DNA of 64,000 bases from a virus. Within the stretch, counting starts at the first letter, position 1. Every line of letters begins with the position of its first letter. The notes under the pieces were generated by a model. The model was not told the origin of the DNA and did no database searches. It saw only the letters and a list, made by a program, of their open reading frames with translations. The position numbers were made by a program, and so were the translations under genes. This document shows positions 48,598-57,592 of the stretch, in pieces. Where the stretch lies: the IMG/VR virus record IMGVR_UViG_3300008117_000088, positions 32,031 to 96,030 of that record; one strand, written 5' to 3'.

Positions 48598-48794
48598 CGT
48601 ATTATTCTGCGACTATTGTCACATATATAAAAGATTGATTAGTTATTTATACTGTAAATATGTCCGATTTGTCTACATATATACGCGTAAAAATAATATT
48701 TAGTTCGTTTTGACTTGGGTTGTAACGCATGTGGTATGGTTAAACCTGATGAGCCACCAGTGATGGTGGCTTTTCGCCACTGAGAGGAGCAGTA

Positions 48795-49328
48795 ATGCTT
48801 AATATCAGAAAAGTAAAGCGGGAGAAGGCTGCGATACTTTTGATCTACGGCTTTGCGCTTGGGACCATCCCACACGCTGTTGCGGACGATGGTCCAAAAC
48901 AAGAAGTAGTTCAAGAGGTTGTAGTGGTGAACCCTTTAGAGAAGTTTGAGAATGCCAAGGTGTTAACTGAGGCAGATCTTAAAGAGCTTCTTGCAGCGGT
49001 CGGGTTTGAGGGAAAGGCCCTCAGGACCGCTTGGGCTGTTGCCATGAAGGAGTCTAACGGTAGACCACGTGCCCACAACGGGGACTTAAGTACCGGAGAC
49101 AACTCTTACGGAATCTTTCAGATTAATATGCTGGGAGGTTTAGGAGAAGACCGACGTGTCAAGTTCAACCTAGAAACTAACAAGGAACTATTTGATCCTG
49201 TTACCAATGCCAAAATCGCCTTCTTTATGACTGGCGGGGGCGTTGATTGGTCTTCCTGGAAAGTTTATCCGGGAAGCAACAACGGAGAACGATTCGAACA
49301 GTTTTACGCACTGTTCCCAACTATCTAA
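48795..49328 (+). CDS. secreted lytic transglycosylase (SLT/Rpf-like lysozyme fold)
   Basis: Signal peptide; AMKESNG catalytic Glu; SYGIFQIN; LFDPVTNA; WSSW; AGAGGAG RBS. Confidence 0.85.
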   Translation: MLNIRKVKREKAAILLIYGFALGTIPHAVADDGPKQEVVQEVVVVNPLEKFENAKVLTEADLKELLAAVGFEGKALRTAWAVAMKESNGRPRAHNGDLSTGDNSYGIFQINMLGGLGEDRRVKFNLETNKELFDPVTNAKIAFFMTGGGVDWSSWKVYPGSNNGERFEQFYALFPTI

Positions 49329-49340
49329 CTTACAAATGCC

Positions 49341-49372
49341 AAAGGCCGGGGAGTTTAACTCCACCGGCCTTT
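49341..49372. terminator. likely bidirectional terminator between convergent genes
   Basis: AAAGGCCGG-GGAG...CTCC-A-CCGGCCTTT. Confidence 0.75.
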
Positions 49373-49388
49373 GCGCTATTTAGTTTTA

Positions 49389-49922
49389 TTACGGAGCTAC
49401 GTAAGCGTACTTGACGAGCGCTACTGCATCTCCAAGGTTCTTTACTGCCGCAGCAGCAGGGGTCTGAGTCTTTACTAGACCATCGTTTTCTGCGGTTGCG
49501 CCATCTGCTGTAGTTGTTACAGCGCCCTTTACAAAGCCAGCTGCAACGAGAGCAGTATTAGCTGCAGACTCGCTTAGACCAACTACGTTAGGAACAGCGG
49601 CTTGATCAGTTGTATCCAAGTATGGAGCAACTGCATCGTAATCTGGGTACTTGTTCCAGTTGTTTAGAGCAACGCTGTGGTTGTTCTCAACGCTCTGGGA
49701 AATACCATTGTTAAGTGTCTTGCTGATAGCAGTCTTGGTTAGAGCTGCGCTGTTAACTAGGGTTGTTGCGCCCCAGCCTTTGTCATACGCAACGTCTCCG
49801 GTGCTAATTTGAGTTGCAGTACCAGTACGGTCATCATCTGGCTGCATTGGGAAGTTACCCCATACAAAGTCTACGGCGATATTTCCGCCCGAGACCTGAG
49901 GGTATCCAGTATCTCTTGCCAT
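49389..49922 (-). CDS. protein with C-terminal PASTA domain
   Basis: VPNVVGLSESAANTALVAAGF..VKTQTPAA..GDAVALV; no signal peptide. Confidence 0.78.
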   Translation of the reverse strand: MARDTGYPQVSGGNIAVDFVWGNFPMQPDDDRTGTATQISTGDVAYDKGWGATTLVNSAALTKTAISKTLNNGISQSVENNHSVALNNWNKYPDYDAVAPYLDTTDQAAVPNVVGLSESAANTALVAAGFVKGAVTTTADGATAENDGLVKTQTPAAAAVKNLGDAVALVKYAYVAP

Positions 49923-50024
49923 TATTTACCTTTTCTCTAGAGTGGTATAGCGCCTGATCGGGGCGCCTTACTATTGTCCAAGAGCCTTTGGTCTTTGTCT
50001 TTGCATGCTGGTATACTTTTGAGC

Positions 50025-50765
50025 ATGAAAGTTACTACTTATGACTCTCCTCACCTTAGGATTATTGAGGATTTTGTCCCTAAGGAAGAGTGCGATTGGT
50101 TTATAGACTACGTAACAGAAAAGAATCTTTGGGCCTTCAATAACGCTAAAAGAGAGGCTTTCCCAGACGGCAGAGACTATGAGCTGGTGTCCAAGCAGTG
50201 GGATAACCGAAAGGTAGAGTTCAACAGTCTCTACAACACTAGAAGCCATCCAGAGCTTTTTAAGAGGGCTTACCCAATCATGAAGTCCGCTAAAGAACAG
50301 GTGGCTGATTTCTTTAATGTAACGCAAGACTCTTTTCAACTAGAGAGTTGGGAAGCGGTTCGTTGGTATCCGCCTTTTCATCAAGGTCCTCATATTGACT
50401 ACATAGACCCAGACTTTGATCGATCCAAACTTCCAGCAGATTTTGATTCTTCCTTCTTTACGGCAGACGAAGAGGCTTTGTACAGACGACATTGCACTAC
50501 AAAAAACTACACTGGCATGATTTACATGAATGATGACTTTGAGGGTGGGGAATTATATTTTCCTTATCACAATAACTTTGAGATTAAACCAAAGCCAGGA
50601 ATGCTTGTAATGTTTAGCGGTCACATTATGAATCCACACGGAATTAGACCAATAACAAGCGGTACTAGGTATGTTCACACCACATTCTGGTGCAAGCGTC
50701 CTCAACCAGGTTGGGAAGTTGGATATCTAGATAATTCTGGAAAACTAGACAAGTTCTGGGAATAG
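50025..50765 (+). CDS. prolyl-4-hydroxylase-like 2OG-Fe(II) oxygenase
   Basis: PHID (HxD), YMNDDFEGGEL, PHGIRPITSGTRY; start revised to ATG 50025, 7 nt after TGG-TATACT. Confidence 0.88.
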   Translation: MKVTTYDSPHLRIIEDFVPKEECDWFIDYVTEKNLWAFNNAKREAFPDGRDYELVSKQWDNRKVEFNSLYNTRSHPELFKRAYPIMKSAKEQVADFFNVTQDSFQLESWEAVRWYPPFHQGPHIDYIDPDFDRSKLPADFDSSFFTADEEALYRRHCTTKNYTGMIYMNDDFEGGELYFPYHNNFEIKPKPGMLVMFSGHIMNPHGIRPITSGTRYVHTTFWCKRPQPGWEVGYLDNSGKLDKFWE

Positions 50766-51818
50766 TTTAGATTCGGGCCATTCCCGCCACCAGTGGACGT
50801 CCCACTCATGCAAAACAGATGTGTAGTTCATCTTTTTGTTTTCTTCTGCTGATCTAAGCTCAGGAAACTTATACCCGTTCCATGTGTATGGACCAGTTTG
50901 CTCATATGGCATCTCTCCAAACAACCTCATGTTTCCCCCTACATGTCGTTGTATATAACCTGTAAACGTACTTCCTTGAGTACCTATAAAGTCTTTTGCA
51001 TGGCACATTACTAGGTTAGATATTAATCCTAAAGTTACTTCGTCTGTAAATTTTAATTCTTGAAACTCTTTAGAAAATTCTTTTTCTATGTAGTTCTCTA
51101 ATACCAATGCTCCGGTGTTTAGCACAGTTTTGCTCCACGGGTCATCTGTAGCCACCACTACTGGATACCCGGGTGTTAAGGTAGCTATGCCTTCCATAAC
51201 CTGTTCTTCAGTAGCGTAATCAAATCTATGGTCTGTTCTTCTTATATGAGCGCCTACAAAGTCTCCTAAGCTGTCAGCAATCATTTTGGCAAACTGTTGA
51301 TACTCCGGCTTAAACTTTGTTAAAGAAAGGGCTTTTTCTACCTCCGGAGTTCGGTTCATAAAAAATACAGAGTACCAACCAAGAGTCCATTTAAAACTAT
51401 AGTGATCTATAAATTCAGGCATAAACTTTCTTTTACCAGCGCAAAACTTATCTTCATTAAAAGCATTGTCAGAAAAATTATAAAAATACTGAGTAAAGAC
51501 ATTTGCTTCTATATTCAACTCTTTATCAAGGTATTCAACTTCTCCATACGGATGTACATCTATTAAATCTGTGATTCTTGGGGTTAAGTCGTTATTTACA
51601 AACTTTCTTTTGTTGTACCAACGATTTGCCGAGTAAATGCCAATACCCTTTTCAATATCAGAACTCCAAGGCTTGTTAAAGATATGATGAATTAAAAGGT
51701 CTTTTTTTAAAAAATGAGAAAGTGCTACAGCATTTTCTATACAAGTTACTTGGTTAAAAAGACCGCAAGGGTTATGCAGTTTAAATACTATCCGGTCTTT
51801 ACTAGGCTTGATATCCAC
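50745..51818 (-). CDS. O-fucosyltransferase-like GT-B glycosyltransferase
   Basis: GLFNQ, GAHIRRTD, VVATDD, DFIGTQGSTFTGYI, matching POFUT/FucT-type motifs. Confidence 0.78.
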   Translation of the reverse strand: MDIKPSKDRIVFKLHNPCGLFNQVTCIENAVALSHFLKKDLLIHHIFNKPWSSDIEKGIGIYSANRWYNKRKFVNNDLTPRITDLIDVHPYGEVEYLDKELNIEANVFTQYFYNFSDNAFNEDKFCAGKRKFMPEFIDHYSFKWTLGWYSVFFMNRTPEVEKALSLTKFKPEYQQFAKMIADSLGDFVGAHIRRTDHRFDYATEEQVMEGIATLTPGYPVVVATDDPWSKTVLNTGALVLENYIEKEFSKEFQELKFTDEVTLGLISNLVMCHAKDFIGTQGSTFTGYIQRHVGGNMRLFGEMPYEQTGPYTWNGYKFPELRSAEENKKMNYTSVLHEWDVHWWREWPESKLFPELV

Positions 51819-52744
51819 CTGTAGGTCTCCTCTAAGCCACCTCTTAAATCCTCTTTAGGAGCCTCACCTAAAATAAACTTAATAAGTTCATTGTCTGAGG
51901 TTCTAGCCCTAACGCCAGTTGGACCCTCTATGTGAACTTTAGATAAGTTTTTTCCAGCAATATCGCAAACAATATCCACCAAAGTGTTAATAGAAACAGT
52001 TTCTGTGGATCCTATGTTTATAGGGTGTAGATAATCTTTTTCTCTGTAAAACTCTTTCGTAAACTTAATGCATTCATCTATGTATAAGAATGAGCGTAGT
52101 TGCTCTCCATCCCCCCATACTTCAATAGACTCAGTTGCTTCCGCTACTTTTCTACAAATAGCTGCGGGAGCTTTTTCTTTGCCTCCACGCCAAGTTCCGT
52201 AAGGACCAAATACATTGTGGTATCTGCCAACTTTGTTTTTCATGCCATAATCTTTATTATAGGAAAGATACAAGCGCTCGCTAAATAATTTTTCCCAACC
52301 GTATTCAGTATCAGGGTTTGCGGGGTATGCTGTAAGTTCTTGGCAAGTAAAGTCATCTAGATTAAGTTGATTGTGCTCTGGGTATACGCAAGCTGATGAA
52401 GAAAAGAAAATACTTTTTATGCCTTTTTGCTCTGCTCTTTTTAAAACATTGATATTTATAAGCGCAGAGTTAGATAGTATAGAAGCGTCGTTATTAGCAC
52501 TAATGTACCCAATACCGCCCATATCAGCAGCTAGTTGATAGACCTCATCAAAAGTTTTATCAATTACTTTATCAACTTGTTCTTGAGACCTTAGATCACC
52601 AATAATAAAATCATCAGCAAAAGTGCTCCAGTGTTCTGGGTAATGAAGGTCTGCTCCTCTAACCCAAAATCCTTCTTCTTTTAAACTCTTTACTAGGTGG
52701 CTTCCAATAAATCCGCCAGCACCCATAACGAGTGCTGTCTTCAT
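51788..52744 (-). CDS. GDP-D-mannose 3',5'-epimerase (GME-type SDR)
   Basis: GAGGFIG, LAADMGG, SSACVYP (catalytic Cys), YGWEK, GKEKAPAAICRK (catalytic Lys). Confidence 0.88.
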   Translation of the reverse strand: MKTALVMGAGGFIGSHLVKSLKEEGFWVRGADLHYPEHWSTFADDFIIGDLRSQEQVDKVIDKTFDEVYQLAADMGGIGYISANNDASILSNSALININVLKRAEQKGIKSIFFSSSACVYPEHNQLNLDDFTCQELTAYPANPDTEYGWEKLFSERLYLSYNKDYGMKNKVGRYHNVFGPYGTWRGGKEKAPAAICRKVAEATESIEVWGDGEQLRSFLYIDECIKFTKEFYREKDYLHPINIGSTETVSINTLVDIVCDIAGKNLSKVHIEGPTGVRARTSDNELIKFILGEAPKEDLRGGLEETYRWISSLVKTG

Positions 52745-53325
52745 TGATTTGCTGTGGACTTAGCCCATTGAGCTTCAGACCACTCCCCAGTAACAACCTT
52801 TAAATAATCAGGTCCTTTAGTAAAGTACCAATGATCTGGCTCAGCATAATGAAAGAACACTACGCCAACAAAGTTCTTTTCTGGGTCGGGAAATGGACCA
52901 CGCCAATGCTCTTGATCGTTTCCATAATAAGCAACAGCCTCATTTGGCTCAGTAAAGTATTCAACGTCTTCTACAAAAAGACCCCAGTTAGTATCGTAGT
53001 AAACGCACATATCAATTGTGTAAGTGCAAGCATTGTTATCTTTATGCTTCCAAAGTTTTGCTCCAGCGCCTTCATATCTGCAAAACAAAGTGTAGGTATG
53101 TAGCAATGTTTCGCTGTTAAATGTCTGCCGAGCTAAAGGAACGCTTCTTTCAGCGTACTCGCTAAGGATTGGAGAGTCGTAGTGACTTAGGGCGTATCTT
53201 CCAAAGTCTGGGTGGTTTTGCACGCTGGTATCAACACGCAGCATTGTGTCCCTAAACTTAGCAAATTCCGGATCAGGAAATACATTTCTTAGTATTTGAG
53301 GGGCTGGTCTTACTATCGCATCCAT
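52741..53325 (-). CDS. 2OG-Fe(II) oxygenase
   Basis: LWKHKD (HxD), EHWR, VFFHY. Confidence 0.8.
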   Translation of the reverse strand: MDAIVRPAPQILRNVFPDPEFAKFRDTMLRVDTSVQNHPDFGRYALSHYDSPILSEYAERSVPLARQTFNSETLLHTYTLFCRYEGAGAKLWKHKDNNACTYTIDMCVYYDTNWGLFVEDVEYFTEPNEAVAYYGNDQEHWRGPFPDPEKNFVGVVFFHYAEPDHWYFTKGPDYLKVVTGEWSEAQWAKSTANQ

Positions 53326-53924
53326 TGAACCACCGCATATCTTGTACCAGAAGTTACTGGGTACACCTTGTGTGAATAAACATAGGTAGAAGGGAAGAGG
53401 AGAAGATTTCCCTTCTCAGGTTTGATTTTAATATCAAACTGATCAAACTCAATTTCGCCACCCTCATAAGCATCATTTGCGTAATACGTTAATGATACGC
53501 GACGTGGGAAGCGCCAATGATCGTCCATATGACGATCAAACTTTTGTCCAACTCCGTACTTAAGGATTTGATAGGAGTCATAACTTCTAATATCTACGCC
53601 AAAAAAGTTTAAGTACTCTGTTAGAGGGTCATGAAAAGCATCTCTAAAAGTACATCCCAAACCGTACTCCATTAAGAAACGAGAAGATGTGGTTTCTGGG
53701 TCTGGAGCAGGGGAGTCTTTAGGAGGCATAGGCGCACCTAAACTAAAAGTATCTCTAATGTACTTGTTCTCTGATCCATCGTTTTTTGCATCAGCTACCT
53801 GAGCAGATGCCCAAGTTAAAATACCAGACTCTACGGTGTACTCAAGGTCTTGCATGAGAGTTTCACCTTCTGGAAGAACGTTTTCAAATATAACGATTCC
53901 TGGAGCAACAAAATTTAATGCCAT
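53313..53924 (-). CDS. prolyl-4-hydroxylase-like 2OG-Fe(II) oxygenase
   Basis: Start revised to ATG 53924 (MALNFVAPGIV); HMDD, YEGGEI, FPSTYVYSHKV..GTRY. Confidence 0.88.
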   Translation of the reverse strand: MALNFVAPGIVIFENVLPEGETLMQDLEYTVESGILTWASAQVADAKNDGSENKYIRDTFSLGAPMPPKDSPAPDPETTSSRFLMEYGLGCTFRDAFHDPLTEYLNFFGVDIRSYDSYQILKYGVGQKFDRHMDDHWRFPRRVSLTYYANDAYEGGEIEFDQFDIKIKPEKGNLLLFPSTYVYSHKVYPVTSGTRYAVVQWMR

Positions 53925-54142
53925 TAGACAGCTCCCCATTTTCCTACCGGACATGATGCCGGTGCTAATTTTGTTTTTAGATGCATAAGGCACCCACACT
54001 TTTTGCATTGCTTTGTGAACTTAATTAAGTGCTCACAGCCAAGGCATATATCCATACGAGACTTTTTTACCTCGTCAGATACGTGCATTACATTGGGGTT
54101 AACTAAATCCCACGGCTTTACCGACCGTTGTTCCTCAGACAT
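53924..54142 (-). CDS. small Cys-rich protein (DUF6171-like)
   Basis: RMDICLGC..QCKKCGCLM..K..SCPVGKW. Confidence 0.75.
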   Translation of the reverse strand: MSEEQRSVKPWDLVNPNVMHVSDEVKKSRMDICLGCEHLIKFTKQCKKCGCLMHLKTKLAPASCPVGKWGAV

Positions 54143-54872
54143 CTGTTTCTCCTTCAGTTGTCTCTAATTTTACACTATTTTCAATCCTGTACTTTTTACG
54201 CTCCCAAAGATTGTCTCTATAGAAGTCGCTTTTTACAGACCTAAATTTAATCGCTCTTTTGAGGTTTCTTCCAATTTGAGCCTCGTTACCGTAGATAGGG
54301 GTGGCGTTCCAGTCTTCTCTTCGAAACGGCAATACCTGAACGTAAGGGGTTCCCTTAGGCACTAGACCAGAAAAGCCTTTACGAATAAAAAACGGAATCA
54401 TTCCAGGGGTATTCATTTTGTCATTGTCTATCACCCCAGAAGTGACCAGAAACGGCAAGTCAAACCTATTAAAGGGGGTAGTGTAAAGAGCGCTAAAGCC
54501 AGGCTCTAACTCAACTCCCCACTCCGGTAAGAATGAAAAATGATCTTCGTAATAGCCTTCAGGATGATGGAAGTTTGGCAACGGGTCTCTTAGCCCAATA
54601 AAGTCTTGAAAGTTAGGGTCTTCTATCTTTGCCACTATACGATTATCAGCAATATCAAACATAACATCACACGGGGTTTTAAAGATATACCCAGAAGTCA
54701 TGGCATCAAAAAATGGAACACAGTTTCTAAATGTGCTATTCCCATCCTCATGATACCTATTTGTGTCTTTGTACCAGGCCGGCAAAGATTTAGCAGCTAC
54801 CTCAGGAGGATTTCCTACATTTTCCCATCTAGCAGCAACAAAATATATATTTTTCTTATCTAGTTCCACCAC
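54135..54872 (-). CDS. DUF6065-like protein (paralogue of 26731-27417)
   Basis: PAWYK, CVPFFDAMTSGY, PFNRFDLPF, GTPYVQVLP. Confidence 0.6.
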   Translation of the reverse strand: MVELDKKNIYFVAARWENVGNPPEVAAKSLPAWYKDTNRYHEDGNSTFRNCVPFFDAMTSGYIFKTPCDVMFDIADNRIVAKIEDPNFQDFIGLRDPLPNFHHPEGYYEDHFSFLPEWGVELEPGFSALYTTPFNRFDLPFLVTSGVIDNDKMNTPGMIPFFIRKGFSGLVPKGTPYVQVLPFRREDWNATPIYGNEAQIGRNLKRAIKFRSVKSDFYRDNLWERKKYRIENSVKLETTEGETDV

Positions 54873-55408
54873 TGCACCATAGCATAACGAGTTCCTGCGG
54901 TTACCGGCTGAACCTCATGCCTGTAGGCGTAGTTAGACGGAAACACTAAAAGTTGATGCGCTTTTGGTTTAACCGCCACATCAAAGTTAGTAAATACTAT
55001 TTCTCCACCCTCGTAATCATCATTCACGTAGTACGAGTAGGAAACTCTTCTAGGTCTACGGGGAGAGTCGTCTATGTGCGGAGTAAAGAACTGACCTATC
55101 CCATACTTTAGTAGTTGCACTCCCTCTTGGGTATGGTCTAAAGATATTCGATAGTAATCACAGTACTCAGAGATTAGTGGGGAAAGGGCCGTTGTAATCT
55201 CGTTGTATAGCGAGTGAACTCTTTTTATAGGGTTAGACGCATCTTCTGGAAGCTCAAAGTTTGGAAGACCGATAAGTTGAACATCCCGGTATTTAGTGTC
55301 TACTAAAGGGCCTTTATCAGTATTTAAAGTGCCTGATCCCCAACGTAGATCGGTGGTTAATGTCTTCTCTTCTAAATCTTTAATAAACTCAGTCGATTGA
55401 GGCCACAC
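54860..55408 (-). CDS. prolyl-4-hydroxylase-like 2OG-Fe(II) oxygenase (N-terminus possibly truncated)
   Basis: PHIDD, NDDYEGGEI, FPSNYAYRHEV..GTRY. Confidence 0.85.
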   Translation of the reverse strand: MWPQSTEFIKDLEEKTLTTDLRWGSGTLNTDKGPLVDTKYRDVQLIGLPNFELPEDASNPIKRVHSLYNEITTALSPLISEYCDYYRISLDHTQEGVQLLKYGIGQFFTPHIDDSPRRPRRVSYSYYVNDDYEGGEIVFTNFDVAVKPKAHQLLVFPSNYAYRHEVQPVTAGTRYAMVQWWN

Positions 55409-56798
55409 ATCACTGTATAAATGTGAACCAAAGCGGACTCTCCGTCTGCTAGGAACAGGGTGTCTCCCGGAATAAGTGAAGCAACTGTGAAGAACTCGTA
55501 AACGCCATCTCGTAGTGCAAGGATTGGGTGGAACTCAGAGAACTTGTTAGCTACATCAGAGTTGAAGTAGGCAACCTTCTGGTGGACAGACTGAACCTTG
55601 TTTATAACCTTTGCAGTTGCATAAGATTCCATAGTCAAGGTTGAGGTGTTCCACTCGTACAAGTTCCAATCAGGTAGATTTTCATCTAGTTCTGTGAACT
55701 TAGGTACAACTAGCGTGTCGCCAATCTGAACATCACGAGATGCTACCCACGTAATAACTCCGTCTTGGAGTGTTAGTACTGGAGTATCTCCCTGTACGCA
55801 AGGGACTCCAACGCCGTAGTAAGGATCTACGTAACGTACTGGAGTTGGGGTAGGTGTAGGTGTTGGAGCCACAGGTGTAGGTGTAGGTGTAGGTGTAGGC
55901 GTTGATGTACAAGTATTAACAATGTCGTAGTCAGGGCATCCTACGTTAGTGATACAACGTAGTCGGTATCCGCTTTGACCTGCTGGACATGAAGGCTCTG
56001 TAGTTCCATAAACGCAAGTTGAGCAGTCCAAAGTTGGTGTAGGAGTTGGGGTAGGTGTTGGGGTTGGTGTAGGTGTAGGAGTTGGCGTTGGTGTAGGAGC
56101 AACAGGCGTTGGTGTAGGTGAGCAGTTTGTAGACTGGCAAGCAGGGAAATCACCAGATGTAAAGATACATTGACGTGAGTAACCAGTTCCTGACGCGTTG
56201 TCTTGGAATCCTGGAGTTGTGTAAGAACAGTTACCTACACCACCGCATTGATAGCTCTCAGTACACTTCCACTGTGCAGTCGGTGCGACTGGCGTAGGTG
56301 TTGGAGTTGGAGTTGGTGTAGGAGTAGGAGTTGGTGTAGGTGTTACAGTATTTGCAATACAGTCTCCATAGATGTTTGGACATCCTTGTGGAGTAATGCA
56401 ATATGTTCGAGTTCCAGCCGCGCCAGTGCCTGTTGTACAAGCTTCGGTTCCTGATCCGTAAGGGCAACATGATCCATCGCAAGGACCAGACGCTGTAGAA
56501 CAGCCAACTGGAGTTGGTGTAGGAGTAGGAGTTGGCGTTGGAGTTGGGGTAGGTGTTGGAGTTGGAGTTGGTGCTACAGGTGTTGGAGTTGGAGTAAATA
56601 CTGGAGTTGGAGTTGGTGTTGGTGTTGGTGCAACTGGAGTTGGAGTAGGAGTTGCACAGTACGCCATGTGTTTCCTATTTTTACGTAAGAGTTAGTGACG
56701 GTACGCCAAGTATTGCCTATCTTGACTTGACCGCAATCATTAGCTTGATCAGCTGTTACGGTACGCCAAGTGCCGTCAACTTTTACGTATAACGCCAT
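55372..56798 (-). CDS. (Pro-Thr)n/Cys-module fibre protein with C-terminal Hint domain; split by a frame break near 56655
   Basis: 56574-56798 gives three KxxxTWRTV repeats; 55372-56667 gives PT tracts, three Cys modules and Hint blocks CVQGDT and FSEFHP. Confidence 0.72.
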
Positions 56799-56801
56799 GG
56801 C

Positions 56802-56945
56802 TTACGAATATTTCAGCCAGATATCTCCGTTTTTACCAGATCCGCTTGGGGGTGTCGAGGTTGAAATAAAAATTTCTCGATCCTTGCTACCGGCAGTATC
56901 GGAGATTACTTGAGCACCAATTACTCTAATTGATTCCCTCGACAT
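56802..56945 (-). CDS. 47-aa fibre-associated protein
   Basis: Read by hand ..IFISTSTPPSGSGKNGDIWLKYS (GDIW motif). Confidence 0.65.
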   Translation of the reverse strand: MSRESIRVIGAQVISDTAGSKDREIFISTSTPPSGSGKNGDIWLKYS

Positions 56946-57280
56946 TAGGAAGCCTCATATCCGCTTACTGTCAGATTAATTGTTGAAGAAGTTCCAGCAA
57001 GAGCAAAGAGTTGATCTCCTGCTGTCATAACTTGGGCTAAATCAATAGCAAGTGTTGAGTATGCTGGAACTGGAATTAAACAAAAAATTTGATTTGAAGT
57101 GGTTGTTGTTCCTCCGTTTGGGACAAGGTGCAAGGAGAAAGTAGATGATGAGGCAGTGCAGTTAGTGGCTAGAACCTGTTTTACCACTGCGGTAATGCCT
57201 GATCCAACCGTGTATACGCTGGTTGCTGACGTACTCAATTGAGTAGGGCTCGTCATTCGCTTTAAATTATAGGCTGGCAC
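56945..57280 (-). CDS. small beta-rich virion protein
   Basis: VYTV..VVKQVLATN..MTAGDQLFA..TVSGYE. Confidence 0.7.
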   Translation of the reverse strand: MPAYNLKRMTSPTQLSTSATSVYTVGSGITAVVKQVLATNCTASSSTFSLHLVPNGGTTTTSNQIFCLIPVPAYSTLAIDLAQVMTAGDQLFALAGTSSTINLTVSGYEAS

Positions 57281-57338
57281 GTTCTTCCTTTCACTTTGCT
57301 ATCTCCAAGGATAGCCCAGAATGCTCCTCTAAGGATTG

Positions 57339-57497
57339 TTATCTATAAGTCCAGTTAGTTCTACCTGGATTAGCATAGGAGAAAATGGTCGATTCATCCT
57401 GCTTATTCTGGTAAAACTTCCTAATCCCAAACCTAGAGTCTTTGATTGTTATAGGTTTGTGTTGGGACGAGGATTTAAACTCAGCCTTTTTACTCAC
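57339..57497 (-). CDS. 52-aa hypothetical protein
   Basis: Read by hand, GTGA overlap: MSKKAEFKSSSQHKPITIKDSRFGIRK.. Confidence 0.5.
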   Translation of the reverse strand: MSKKAEFKSSSQHKPITIKDSRFGIRKFYQNKQDESTIFSYANPGRTNWTYR

Positions 57498-57592
57498 GGA
57501 GTAAATCGATCCCATTGCTTAGCCTCTGTCTCCATGCCTTTTACTGCTCCGGAAGCTCGAGTAAGCGCGTCTCTAAATTCTCTGTCTCTCAT
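57494..57592 (-). CDS. 32-aa hypothetical protein
   Basis: Read by hand, ATGA overlap: MRDREFRDALTRASGAVKGMETEAKQWDRFTP. Confidence 0.45.
   Translation of the reverse strand: MRDREFRDALTRASGAVKGMETEAKQWDRFTP

Noticed and set aside
48644-48651. T4 late promoter TATAAATA
   Set aside because: Isolated exact match noticed in an AT-rich gap; not seen before the structural operons.
48745-48775. Hammerhead ribozyme (CUGAUGA + stem II)
   Set aside because: The required GAAA after stem II is UUUU, and no stems I/III are evident.
51788-52744. Phage ascorbate pathway feeding the P4Hs (GME acts in plant vitamin C synthesis)
   Set aside because: No GDP-L-Gal phosphorylase, phosphatase or dehydrogenases are present; the adjacent GT is a simpler sink for the product.
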